Notes under the pieces: generated by a model
What the model was told of the DNA's origin: nothing
Databases searched by the model: none
What the model saw: the letters and a program-made list of their open reading frames with translations, nothing else
Made by a program: the position numbers and the translations under genes
Shown here: one piece after another, positions 39,585 through 48,626 of the stretch
Position numbering within the stretch: the stretch's first letter is position 1
Layout: the number at the start of each line of letters is the position of its first letter
Assembly: GCA_946498975.1 (NCBI GenBank)
Contig: CAMMQC010000003.1
Span: 1,046-65,045 of the forward strand
Origin: an uncultured Mycoplasmatota bacterium
Lineage (GTDB): Bacteria > Bacillota_I > Bacilli_A > RF39 > UBA660
Direction: 5' to 3'
Length of the DNA: 64,000 nt

Positions 39585-39673
39585 TGGTGCCTAAGGTCGG
39601 ACTTGAACCGACACGAGGGGTGAACCTCCCAGGATTTTAAGTCCTGTGCGTCTACCAATTTCGCCACTCAGGC
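39585..39673 (-). tRNA. tRNA-Leu(TAA)
   Basis: Long variable arm, CT-TAA-AA loop. Confidence 0.93.
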
Positions 39674-39682
39674 ACATATAAA

Positions 39683-39758
39683 TGGTGACCCGCATGAGAT
39701 TCGAACTCATGACCCTTTGATTAAAAGTCAAATGCTCTACCGACTGAGCTAGCGGATC
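39683..39758 (-). tRNA. tRNA-Lys(TTT)
   Basis: CT-TTT-AA loop, CCA. Confidence 0.95.
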
Positions 39759-39772
39759 AACTACTAATTAGA

Positions 39773-39847
39773 TGGTTGCCTCGGTTAGATTCGAACTAAC
39801 GCATGTCAGAGTCAAAGTCTGATGCCTTACCACTTGGCTACGAGGCA
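39773..39847 (-). tRNA. tRNA-Gln(TTG)
   Basis: CT-TTG-AC loop, CCA. Confidence 0.95.
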
Positions 39848-39857
39848 ATATATTAAG

Positions 39858-39941
39858 TGGTGGAGAGAGATGGATTCGAACCATCGAACCCGAAGGAACA
39901 GATTTACAGTCTGTCGCGTTTAGCCACTTCGCTATCTCTCC
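39858..39941 (-). tRNA. tRNA-Tyr(GTA)
   Basis: CT-GTA-AA loop, variable arm. Confidence 0.95.
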
Positions 39942-39953
39942 GACATAATAAAA

Positions 39954-40029
39954 TGGTGCCGAAAACAGGAATCGAACCCGTAACCTACTGATTACAAATC
40001 AGTTGCTCTACCAATTGAGCTATTTCGGC
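39954..40029 (-). tRNA. tRNA-Thr(TGT)
   Basis: TT-TGT-AA loop, CCA. Confidence 0.95.
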
Positions 40030-40042
40030 AACATATAATAAA

Positions 40043-40119
40043 TGGTGGGCGATATAGGACTCGAACCTATGACCCCTTGCTTGTAAGGCAAGTGCTCTAA
40101 CCAACTGAGCTAATCGCCC
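40043..40119 (-). tRNA. tRNA-Val(TAC)
   Basis: CT-TAC-AA loop, CCA. Confidence 0.95.
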
Positions 40120-40139
40120 AAAACCGTTTGACATGATTA

Positions 40140-40168
40140 AATATACCAGTTAATTTGATGATTGTCAA
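40140..40168 (-). promoter_or_regulatory. sigma-A promoter of tRNA operon
   Basis: TTGACA-17nt-TATATT. Confidence 0.7.
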
Positions 40169-40172
40169 TAAT

Positions 40173-40541
40173 TTATTTGCATATTTTTTCACTTTTTTCT
40201 TTTTCTAGCTCTTTTCTTACCCAATAATCAAGGTGTAAGGCTAAATTTTTAAAGCCATTTTCTGTTTCTTTTATCCTACTACCATTCCTTTTAGTAATTC
40301 TATAATCTACATTTTTAATACTTAACTTAAACATGTTATCACTACTTTTGCCTACTATTCTTACTCTTATTAGTTCATTAAGAGTAACATATTTATTTAA
40401 ATCATCTATGTAATGATTACCAATTTCTGATATGTGAATAAGTCCGTTGTTGTAATTATCTAATTTTACAAAAATACCATAATCTTTTATACCTGTAACA
40501 GTTCCAAGAACAATGGAACCTTCTTTATATTCTTTTGCCAT
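40173..40541 (-). CDS. S1 RNA-binding domain protein (YugI-like)
   Basis: GTVTGIKDYGIFV...GLIHISEI. Confidence 0.85.
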   Translation of the reverse strand: MAKEYKEGSIVLGTVTGIKDYGIFVKLDNYNNGLIHISEIGNHYIDDLNKYVTLNELIRVRIVGKSSDNMFKLSIKNVDYRITKRNGSRIKETENGFKNLALHLDYWVRKELEKEKSEKICK

Positions 40542-40641
40542 AAACTTCCCTCTTCTAGTGTATTATAGCAGAAAATGTTTGTCCTTACAACCTTTACAAA
40601 AATCATAAATATCTCTATAATTATGATATTGAAAGGAAAAA

Positions 40642-40881
40642 GTGATTAGAATGGAAAATGTTGAAGAGAAAATTAAAAGTATTATAGATGAATTAAAGCC
40701 TTTTTTAATTAGTGATGGTGGCGCTTTAGAATATATTAAATTTGAAGATGGTATTGTCTATGTAAAATTAGGTGGAGCTTGTGCTGATTGTGCTTTTTTA
40801 GATATTACTTTAAAAGATGGTATTGAACAAATGATAATGAATGAAGTACCTGAAGTTAAAGAAGTGAGAAATATTAATTAG
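40642..40881 (+). CDS. NifU C-terminal (Nfu/YutI-like) protein
   Basis: DGG, GACADC, TLKDGIE. Confidence 0.88.
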   Translation: MIRMENVEEKIKSIIDELKPFLISDGGALEYIKFEDGIVYVKLGGACADCAFLDITLKDGIEQMIMNEVPEVKEVRNIN

Positions 40882-41779
40882 AATCTAACCAGTCTATTTT
40901 TAGAATAGGCTTTTTTTTATTTATAAAATTATAGATGTATTTTAAGAACTTTTCGTACTCATCTGTTCTATTTAGTACTTTTATTATTTCTTTTTCTTTA
41001 AGACTCTCATTTATTATCTTCTCATAAATATCAAAGTAATGACTTGGAAAAAGTAGTCTTGCTATTAATAGACCGTATTGATAAGAACTATAATTTAGAT
41101 TAGTTAAAAATTCATCTAAAAAGTCATAGGTGTAATTATCTGTTATAAAGAGACATTTAAGATATTCAGCACTATCTCTAGCTTTATTATCTATAACAAT
41201 GTTTAAAGGGTTATAGAAGCTTAAATTGTCTAGATTTACTCTTCTTCTAGATATTACTAAAGTATCGGTAAATTCTTTAGTTAGGTAGCTGTTAGTGGCA
41301 TTGAAATAACTTATAGCATTTTCTCCTAGACCTATGAAATAATCTAGAGTCTTATAGAGTGTTTTATATTTCATCTTTATATAGTCTTTTTGATATTCAA
41401 AATAATCTATCTTGCTACTCCAAAGATTATTCCAACTACTATGATTCAATAATTTTAAATTAGATGCCTCTTTAGGACAATAAGTAGGATTATAGATGGC
41501 ATTAATATTAAAGTAATTATTTTTTAGACTTCTTAAAAGAATATAATAACGATTATTTATTATACTTAAAGCTTCTTTATTTATGTTAAAGATAATCATC
41601 ATAAAATTACTATAGTTTACTGTTCTAGTAAGCATAATTAATTCATTAATATACTCTAAAGGTCTATTTACTTGATAAAGATAATAGATGTAATTATCAA
41701 GATAAAAGTAATAATAATTATCTTTTTTAATTATTTTTTCTGGTGTAAGATGATAGTAATAAAAAAGAGTATTCTTCAT
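40874..41779 (-). CDS. YutH/CotS-like spore coat protein
   Basis: W..LWSSKIDYFE, YFIGLGENAISY, ARLLFPSHYFD; adjacent to yutI-like gene. Confidence 0.75.
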   Translation of the reverse strand: MKNTLFYYYHLTPEKIIKKDNYYYFYLDNYIYYLYQVNRPLEYINELIMLTRTVNYSNFMMIIFNINKEALSIINNRYYILLRSLKNNYFNINAIYNPTYCPKEASNLKLLNHSSWNNLWSSKIDYFEYQKDYIKMKYKTLYKTLDYFIGLGENAISYFNATNSYLTKEFTDTLVISRRRVNLDNLSFYNPLNIVIDNKARDSAEYLKCLFITDNYTYDFLDEFLTNLNYSSYQYGLLIARLLFPSHYFDIYEKIINESLKEKEIIKVLNRTDEYEKFLKYIYNFINKKKPILKIDWLDSN

Positions 41780-41828
41780 ATCTAAAACCTCAGTAAAGTA
41801 TATGAAAAAAAGAAAAAAAAAGAACGTA

Positions 41829-43196
41829 TTATATTTTACGTCCTCCTGAAGTCATTTGAGTATCACCACTATCATATCCAGTTCCAGCAAATTCTGCTCT
41901 TAATCTTCTCAATTCTTCTAAAGATTGACTAGCTTCTTCATCATAAGCAGCTGTTTCTGTTTCGATAGCAGTTGTTTCTGAGTTAATAGTTGCTAGAGTT
42001 TCATTTTCTTTTTGAAGTTCTGCTTCTTTAGCACTATTAAGTTTTTCTTGTTCTTCATTAGCTTTTCTTAACTCATCCATTTTTGGCCTATATGTATTTA
42101 ATAACTCTATTTGTCTTTTAGTATCTTCTGCTCTTTTCTTAGCTGCTTCACGTTCTTTTTTAGCTTGTTCTTGTTTTTCAGCAGCTTTTGTTTGTTCTTC
42201 TTTTACATTAGATATTTTACTATTCAATTCTTCACCATGAGATTTAAGCCTTTCATTTCTATCTTCTAAGTCTTTAATAAAGTTTTCTATAGATGTATCA
42301 CCATCAAAGCCTTCAAATGATTTATTCTCATTAGTGGCAGGTGGTTGTACTGGAGTCCACTCACCTGTTTTACCTGCTATAGATGGAATATTGAAATCAA
42401 TTGTTGGGCTATCTGGTGTATCAGATTTTTCATCTTGTTCATGCTCACTAGTTGGTTTTTCTTGTTTAATAAATAAGTCTTTCATAAGGTCAGGTGTAAC
42501 CTCATTAGCTTTTCTCTCATCAACTTCATTTTTAATATCTTCTGCAATTTCACTAACAGTTTCATCAAAGTTATCTGCATCTATATTTCTAGCGACTGTG
42601 TCACCGTAATTTTTTGAACTAGTTATATCTCTATTCATCATTTTCTCTACTTCTTCTTTAATAAGGTTACTATCTACGCTAGAGAAAATATCATTATCTT
42701 TTTCGTCTATTAAAGCACTTTGGACATTTTCTTGAGCCTCTGCTAATCTTTGTAAATCTATAACTTCTTGCTTTTTATTCTCATCTTCTATTTTTATCCA
42801 ACCATCTTGTGCTAACTGTTCAAAATTTTCTTTAGGTAACTTTAGAGCTTTTTTGGCTAAAGCTAAAAATCTTTGACGAGCTTCTGAGAATTCTCTATAA
42901 GCATCCTCTAGGCTTCTAATTTCTTGCTTAAGAAGAGATAAATCTTTCTTTGCAGCTTTTAGTTCATTCTTTTCTAAGTTACCACTAGCTACTTTTTCTT
43001 CTAATTCTTGTTGTTTATTTTTCTTTTCATCTAAGTCCTTTTGAATATATGCATCTTGAACTTCCATTATAGTAGCATAAGAAGTAATTAAAAGTTTTAA
43101 TTTATTAGCATCACCTTTTATGACTTCTAAATTATCTAGTCCCACAACTCTAAATTCTTCATTATCTAGTTTTTCACTCATGTCATTCGCCTCCAA
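41829..43196 (-). CDS. hypothetical acidic coiled-coil protein
   Basis: Two long E/K heptad regions separated by a Pro-rich linker. Confidence 0.7.
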   Translation of the reverse strand: MEANDMSEKLDNEEFRVVGLDNLEVIKGDANKLKLLITSYATIMEVQDAYIQKDLDEKKNKQQELEEKVASGNLEKNELKAAKKDLSLLKQEIRSLEDAYREFSEARQRFLALAKKALKLPKENFEQLAQDGWIKIEDENKKQEVIDLQRLAEAQENVQSALIDEKDNDIFSSVDSNLIKEEVEKMMNRDITSSKNYGDTVARNIDADNFDETVSEIAEDIKNEVDERKANEVTPDLMKDLFIKQEKPTSEHEQDEKSDTPDSPTIDFNIPSIAGKTGEWTPVQPPATNENKSFEGFDGDTSIENFIKDLEDRNERLKSHGEELNSKISNVKEEQTKAAEKQEQAKKEREAAKKRAEDTKRQIELLNTYRPKMDELRKANEEQEKLNSAKEAELQKENETLATINSETTAIETETAAYDEEASQSLEELRRLRAEFAGTGYDSGDTQMTSGGRKI

Positions 43197-43213
43197 CTAA
43201 TTATTACTATCTA

Positions 43214-43519
43214 TTAGTCTTTTTTTGATAATTTTCTTAATACGTCCTTTACTCTATTCCATTCATCTTCATCATCAATGCCATATAGTCTTGGAGTATC
43301 TCCACTTCTATCAACTCTTGAAACATAAACTGTTACATTACCATTTTCATCTTTTTCATTTTTTGTATATACAACATATTCTTTTTTTGTATCTTTAAAT
43401 TCAAAGGCAATAACAACTTCTACTTCGTCAATAGAACCATCTTCACCTATGATTGATAAAGTCATTTTCTTCTTTTCATTCATCTTTGTTTTTCCTCCCT
43501 TTACTATCCTATAAATCAT
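43214..43519 (-). CDS. DUF1292 family protein
   Basis: KEYVVYT, IDDEDEW..V. Confidence 0.75.
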   Translation of the reverse strand: MIYRIVKGGKTKMNEKKKMTLSIIGEDGSIDEVEVVIAFEFKDTKKEYVVYTKNEKDENGNVTVYVSRVDRSGDTPRLYGIDDEDEWNRVKDVLRKLSKKD

Positions 43520-43555
43520 TTTAGCATAAAAAAAAAGAAATAAAAAGCCCCTTTT

Positions 43556-43858
43556 TTACATATTTTTACTATTTTTAGGATTTTTTTCTTTTTTTAGGAG
43601 AAAAGTCTTCGCTCCAGGAGAACAATAATCTTTGATATAGCTCTCTAAATATTTAATATCATTTATCTTTTTTGCTTTCTTATTACTACTATCATAAAAT
43701 CCTTTAAGTCTTATTTTTCCATAAGAATAATCTCCTAAAACGTAATCATAGTCTTGAAAGTAATCTGTAAAAAGACTTTTTACCTCTTCATAAGCAAAGT
43801 TTTCTTTTCCTTTAGTTATTTTATAATTATTATCTAGTAAAGTATACATTCCTACCAC
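43556..43858 (-). CDS. YutD (DUF1027) family protein
   Basis: YDYVLGDYSYGKIRLKGF, YIKDYC. Confidence 0.8.
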   Translation of the reverse strand: MVGMYTLLDNNYKITKGKENFAYEEVKSLFTDYFQDYDYVLGDYSYGKIRLKGFYDSSNKKAKKINDIKYLESYIKDYCSPGAKTFLLKKEKNPKNSKNM

Positions 43859-43877
43859 CTATTACTATTGTAACATA

Positions 43878-44597
43878 TTATTTGAGTTTAGTTTCAAAAA
43901 CTTGTGAAGATGCTTCAAAAGAACCATTATAATAGTCTGGAATGTTTCCTTGAATGATTTGGGTAGTAAGATTTACTTTGGTAGTAATAGGGACACTTTT
44001 TGTTGAGTGAGGCATGGTTATTTTTTCTTTGATAGTTATTTCTATACCCACTTCGATTAGAGCATTATTAAAACCATATTCTTTTACATCAGTTACAATA
44101 TTGCTTGATACTGTACCAATGAATGAAAATCTTATAGGGATACTTGTAGTTAAATTAACAATTAAACCATTATGGAATAAAGAACCTATAGGGATATCAC
44201 ATACTACTCCATCATCTAGAAAGGTTAGTCTTGTTCCTTTTAGAGAATCTGATAATTCTAAATCAGTTGTATCTCCTTTTTCTATAGCGCTAAGTCTTTT
44301 CATGGCTTTATCATTTATTTCTTTTAAAAGTCTATTAGTTGTTTTAGTATCAAAATTAATCAGTTCAATATTTCCTTCATTATCTCTACTTATTTCAAAG
44401 ATATCTTCATCTAAAAAATCTTCATCTATAAAGGTAACATCATTTAAAATAACATTTGCGATTCTTTCTGTTTCTACAGTGGCATAGTTAATAATAACTT
44501 TTTCTAATCCTTTACCTGCTATAGAAGTAAGATATAAAGCAGTAAAGAAAGATAATATTAAGAGACTAAAAAAGATATATACTTTCTTTTTATTCAT
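43878..44597 (-). CDS. yunB: sporulation protein YunB
   Basis: IPIG, IPIRF, EYGFNNAL, IIQGNIPDYY. Confidence 0.82.
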   Translation of the reverse strand: MNKKKVYIFFSLLILSFFTALYLTSIAGKGLEKVIINYATVETERIANVILNDVTFIDEDFLDEDIFEISRDNEGNIELINFDTKTTNRLLKEINDKAMKRLSAIEKGDTTDLELSDSLKGTRLTFLDDGVVCDIPIGSLFHNGLIVNLTTSIPIRFSFIGTVSSNIVTDVKEYGFNNALIEVGIEITIKEKITMPHSTKSVPITTKVNLTTQIIQGNIPDYYNGSFEASSQVFETKLK

Positions 44598-44599
44598 AG

Positions 44600-44830
44600 T
44601 TAATTACCTAGTCTTACTAGTATTACATCTTCACCAATTCTCTCAATACTTTGCCATCTAATCTCTGTGTCTTCTCCTTTACCAAAAGAAATAAACTTGC
44701 CCTTTGGTTCTACTATTAAACTAATGATAGCACCATTTCTCTCATCTACTTTAACATCTATAATATTACCTATATTTCTACCATCTATAACATTAACTAT
44801 ATCTTTACTTTGTAAATCAGAAAGTCTCAT
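44600..44830 (-). CDS. YlmC/YmxH PRC-barrel sporulation protein
   Basis: MRLSDL..KDIVN..DG, IGEDVILV. Confidence 0.88.
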   Translation of the reverse strand: MRLSDLQSKDIVNVIDGRNIGNIIDVKVDERNGAIISLIVEPKGKFISFGKGEDTEIRWQSIERIGEDVILVRLGN

Positions 44831-44880
44831 ATTATCACTGCCTTACTACTTAAAATTATGTATTTTTTTATTAATTATGC

Positions 44881-45657
44881 TTATCTCAAAGTTTTCTTTA
44901 ACTGCTTTATAGCATTTTTTTCTAGTCTTGATACTTGAGCTTGACTTATGTCCATATCTTTGGCAATTTCCATTTGGGTTTTACCGATAATATAACGCTC
45001 ATTTAATATTTGTTGTTCTCTATCACTTAAATAATTTATAGCATCACTTGTAGCAAGTTTTTCTTCTACAACTGAACCAGTTCTTCTCTTATCTTCTATT
45101 TGATCATATACATAAATAGTATCTCCCCCATCATTATAGATAGGTTCAAACATGGATACTGGGTCTTTAAGTGATTCTAGAGAAAAGACAATGTCATAAG
45201 TAGTAACATCTAAGGTGTCAGCTAGGTCTTCCATAGATATTTCTTCTCCTTTTTCCATGAAGTATTCTTCTTTTAATTTTAAAGCTTTATAAGCGAGGTC
45301 TCTTGTAGAACGGCTTACTCTAATAGTGTTATTATCTCTTAAGTATCGTTTTATTTCTCCTAAAATCATCGGTACAGCATAGGTTGAGAATTTAACTTCA
45401 TGTGATAGGTCAAAATTATCTATCGCTTTAACGAGACCAATACACCCTACTTGAAATAAATCATCTAAGTTTTCATTTCTTGTATTAACTTTTCTTAAAA
45501 TACTTAAGACTAATTTTAAATTACCATTAACGAGATCATTTCTAGCGAAAGGATCTCCACTTTGCATCTTTTTAAATAGTTCTGTCATCTCTTCAGTTGT
45601 TAATACTTTTAATTCTGATGTTTTAACTCCACTGATTATTACTTTGTTAGTTGCCAT
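44881..45657 (-). CDS. sigG: sporulation sigma factor SigG
   Basis: NKVIISGV.TS.L.VL N-terminus, GNLKLVLS, DPVSMFEPIYNDGGD, ISQAQVSRLEK. Confidence 0.92.
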   Translation of the reverse strand: MATNKVIISGVKTSELKVLTTEEMTELFKKMQSGDPFARNDLVNGNLKLVLSILRKVNTRNENLDDLFQVGCIGLVKAIDNFDLSHEVKFSTYAVPMILGEIKRYLRDNNTIRVSRSTRDLAYKALKLKEEYFMEKGEEISMEDLADTLDVTTYDIVFSLESLKDPVSMFEPIYNDGGDTIYVYDQIEDKRRTGSVVEEKLATSDAINYLSDREQQILNERYIIGKTQMEIAKDMDISQAQVSRLEKNAIKQLKKTLR

Positions 45658-45674
45658 TTAATCATCTCCTAAAT

Positions 45675-45705
45675 TAGTAATGATTAAATAGTTATTTTTT
45701 TATAC
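45675..45705 (-). promoter_or_regulatory. SigF/SigG-type promoter upstream of sigG
   Basis: GTATA-18nt-CATTACTA. Confidence 0.55.
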
Positions 45706-45716
45706 AAAAAAAAGAC

Positions 45717-46538
45717 CTAGTAACGGTCTAAAAAGCTTATTTCTTCCCCTTTATCTTGGTAACTTAGAAGTGTTTCTAAATTAACTTTCTCGGTACTTTT
45801 AAAGATATTATTATCAATAACATCACTTTTTTCTCTAAGGATTTCTAATAGTTTTTTTATTTCTAAACGTTTAGAATTGTTCTCAATATTTTTATTTTCT
45901 GTAAATTTACAGGCACAGTTTATAAAGGTGTATTCATTATATTGCCAAAACTTTTTTATAGATTCTTCTCTTACTAAATAAAGTGGTCTAATAAGTTCCA
46001 TGCCAGGAAAATTAGTACTATGTAATTTAGGTAACATTGTTTTAAATTCTCCACCATAAAACATTGATAGTAGTATTGTTTCAATTACATCATCAAAGTG
46101 ATGTCCTAAGGCAATTTTATTACACCCTAGGTCTTTTGCAGTCTTATAAAGAAAACCTCTACGCATTCTAGCACACATATAACAAGGATGGTCTTTATCT
46201 AGTTTGTTAGCAACTTCAAAGATATCTGAGTCAAATATTTTATAGTCAATGCCTAAAGATTCTAAGTTTTCTTTTATTACTTTTAAGGTCTCTTCTTTAT
46301 ATCCTGGATTCATAACGATACATGATAATTTAAAGTTAGTCTTACCATGTTTCTGTAATTCTTCTAAACATTTTGCAAGTAAACAAGAATCTTTTCCTCC
46401 AGATATACAAACAGCGATATGGTCATTTTCACTTACTAATTCATAGTCTCTAACGGCTTTCATAAATTTACGCCAGATATCTTTACGATACTTGGTTATA
46501 AGACTATGTTCTACTTCTTTATAGTTTTTCATTTGCAT
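45717..46538 (-). CDS. ttcA: tRNA 2-thiocytidine synthase TtcA family
   Basis: SGGKDS, CYMC.RMRRG, GHHFDD. Confidence 0.85.
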   Translation of the reverse strand: MQMKNYKEVEHSLITKYRKDIWRKFMKAVRDYELVSENDHIAVCISGGKDSCLLAKCLEELQKHGKTNFKLSCIVMNPGYKEETLKVIKENLESLGIDYKIFDSDIFEVANKLDKDHPCYMCARMRRGFLYKTAKDLGCNKIALGHHFDDVIETILLSMFYGGEFKTMLPKLHSTNFPGMELIRPLYLVREESIKKFWQYNEYTFINCACKFTENKNIENNSKRLEIKKLLEILREKSDVIDNNIFKSTEKVNLETLLSYQDKGEEISFLDRY

Positions 46539-46543
46539 CTCTC

Positions 46544-47083
46544 CTATAAATATTTTAAAATATCTCTAAACTCTTGATAACCATCATTACTACTAAAATG
46601 TCCGGCATTATCATATTTAATTACTTTGCCACCAAGCATTTCGGCGAAAGATAAAGATTTATCTAAAGGAACATATTTATCATTAGTAGAACAAATACAG
46701 ATTACATCTTCTGCAACACTAATCCCCTTAATGTTATCAAGATAGAAGCTATTATAAAGGTATTCATCTTCATAAGTAATGTCGTTAAATCCTGCTATTG
46801 TAATTAGTTTTTTAATTTTTAAATTATGTTCTTTTAAAAACTTAACAATAAATATACTACCTAGGCTATGAGTAATGATAGTACTAGATTCACTTAAAAG
46901 TCCTATATTAAGATATTGTTCTAAAATATTAGACCAATTATCATAGCTTTGTATAGAATAAACTGGAAATTGTGGTGCAATTACATAATAGCCTTTTTTA
47001 GTTATACTTTTATGTAAATATGGAAAAAAATTCTTATAAGGATTACCATATGAGCCATGAATTAAAAAGCAAACATCTTTCAT
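46544..47083 (-). CDS. YdeN/RBBP9 alpha/beta hydrolase
   Basis: IHG, HSLG, ND..VP, AGHF. Confidence 0.85.
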   Translation of the reverse strand: MKDVCFLIHGSYGNPYKNFFPYLHKSITKKGYYVIAPQFPVYSIQSYDNWSNILEQYLNIGLLSESSTIITHSLGSIFIVKFLKEHNLKIKKLITIAGFNDITYEDEYLYNSFYLDNIKGISVAEDVICICSTNDKYVPLDKSLSFAEMLGGKVIKYDNAGHFSSNDGYQEFRDILKYL

Positions 47084-47946
47084 TTTATATTCCCCACTTT
47101 CTTAAATGATGATGGAATACTACTTTCAAACGTATAAGTTTTATTATTAAGAGGATTAGTTATAGTTAATTTACTAGCATGTAAATATAGTCTATTAGAT
47201 TTAATACCTCCATACTTTTTATCTCCTACTATAGGACTTCCTAAATGATTTAAGACTACTCTTATCTGATTACGTCTTCCTGTTTTAATATTAACTTTAA
47301 CAAGACTATATTTATTATTTTTATTAATTGTCTTAAGAGAAGTAACGGCAATTTTACCTTCTTTTTTATTAGTAACAATAACTTTATCAGGTCCTATTTC
47401 TTTTAAGTAACAAGTATAGTCATCTATATCTTTCACAGTACCTGTTACTAAAGCGATATATTCTCTTGTTTTAACATATTTATCCCAATTATTTTGCAAA
47501 AGATTTTTTAGAGTATTATCTTTTACAAAGACTAAGACTCCAGATGTATCTTTATCAAGGCGATGTAAGACAAAGATTTTATCATTCTTCTTTCTACTCT
47601 TAATAAACTCTCTTACCAAGTGATAGGCAGTCTTTTCTTTTTCTTTAGTAGTACTTATTGATAAAAGTCCGGTAGGTTTATTAATTACAAAGAAATATTC
47701 ATCTTCATAGATAATATCAAGATTACTCTTCTTATGAGTTTTATTAATCTTATTAAGTTCAATAATATCATTTTTCAAAACAATCGCATCATATTTTGTT
47801 ACAACTTTTCCATTAACTAAAACTCCACCATCTTTTAGATAGTTCTTTATCTTTTTCTTACTTAAATCCTTAAATAAAACAAATAATGTTTCTAATAGTT
47901 CTCCTTTTTCTAAAACTTTTCCTTTCATTAATATCATCCCCTTCAA
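47080..47946 (-). CDS. RluA-family pseudouridine synthase
   Basis: NKPTG, HRLDKDTSG, TGRRNQIR, LHA. Confidence 0.9.
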   Translation of the reverse strand: MKGMILMKGKVLEKGELLETLFVLFKDLSKKKIKNYLKDGGVLVNGKVVTKYDAIVLKNDIIELNKINKTHKKSNLDIIYEDEYFFVINKPTGLLSISTTKEKEKTAYHLVREFIKSRKKNDKIFVLHRLDKDTSGVLVFVKDNTLKNLLQNNWDKYVKTREYIALVTGTVKDIDDYTCYLKEIGPDKVIVTNKKEGKIAVTSLKTINKNNKYSLVKVNIKTGRRNQIRVVLNHLGSPIVGDKKYGGIKSNRLYLHASKLTITNPLNNKTYTFESSIPSSFKKVGNIK

Positions 47947-47969
47947 AATACGGTATTATTTTATCAGAT

Positions 47970-47996
47970 AAAAAGAAAAAAGTCTATTACTAGACT
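47970..47996 (-). terminator. terminator-like element, copy 1 of a 27-bp direct repeat
   Basis: AAAAAGAAAAAAGTCTATTACTAGACT, identical to 48586-48612. Confidence 0.75.
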
Positions 47997-48009
47997 CATA
48001 TTAAACTAT

Positions 48010-48573
48010 TTATCTTCTCTTCGCTCTTGCCATTCCTTCTAAAAAGCTGTTTTTAATTATTTTAGTCATACTCTGTTCTCTTAAAGGTAGCTTTTCAATA
48101 TTATCAACAAATAAAGGTATTCTTATTAATTTTTCATTTTCTGAATCATAATAATAAAAAGAAATTTCATGGTCATTTACAATACCTTCAATTACTTTTA
48201 CATAATCATTAGGAGTTAATCTCTGTGAAAGACTTTGAACATATTTTAAAAGTTCTATATCTTCTTCACTTAAGTTCGAACTTCCTTTTGGATGAGTGTG
48301 AAACATTATATAAACTGGTGATTCACAGGATGCAAGTTCATAAAGAACCTGTACCAAATATTCTTTTCTATATACTATTTCTTTATTAGTTCTTTTTTTT
48401 ATTAAATCTTCTGAATTTAATTCTATTTTAGTTATATGAATATCATTATCTATTTCTGTTACAGTCATAAATCCACTTTGTTCTGTTTTACTTTTTTTAC
48501 AAAAATTTATTAGTTTATTATATTGATTTAAAGACATATGTATATTCATAAGTACCCCCTTAAATGTAGTCAT
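48010..48573 (-). CDS. stand-alone JAB/MPN+ metalloprotease-like protein
   Basis: TEQSGF glutamate; FHTHP-x-SEED zinc motif. Confidence 0.75.
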   Translation of the reverse strand: MTTFKGVLMNIHMSLNQYNKLINFCKKSKTEQSGFMTVTEIDNDIHITKIELNSEDLIKKRTNKEIVYRKEYLVQVLYELASCESPVYIMFHTHPKGSSNLSEEDIELLKYVQSLSQRLTPNDYVKVIEGIVNDHEISFYYYDSENEKLIRIPLFVDNIEKLPLREQSMTKIIKNSFLEGMARAKRR

Positions 48574-48585
48574 ATTATAACATAC

Positions 48586-48612
48586 AAAAAGAAAAAAGTC
48601 TATTACTAGACT
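48586..48612 (-). terminator. terminator-like element, copy 2 of 27-bp direct repeat
   Basis: Identical to 47970-47996; overlaps a 14-bp tandem duplication ATTACTAGACTTTA x2. Confidence 0.75.
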
Positions 48613-48626
48613 TTAATTACTAGACT

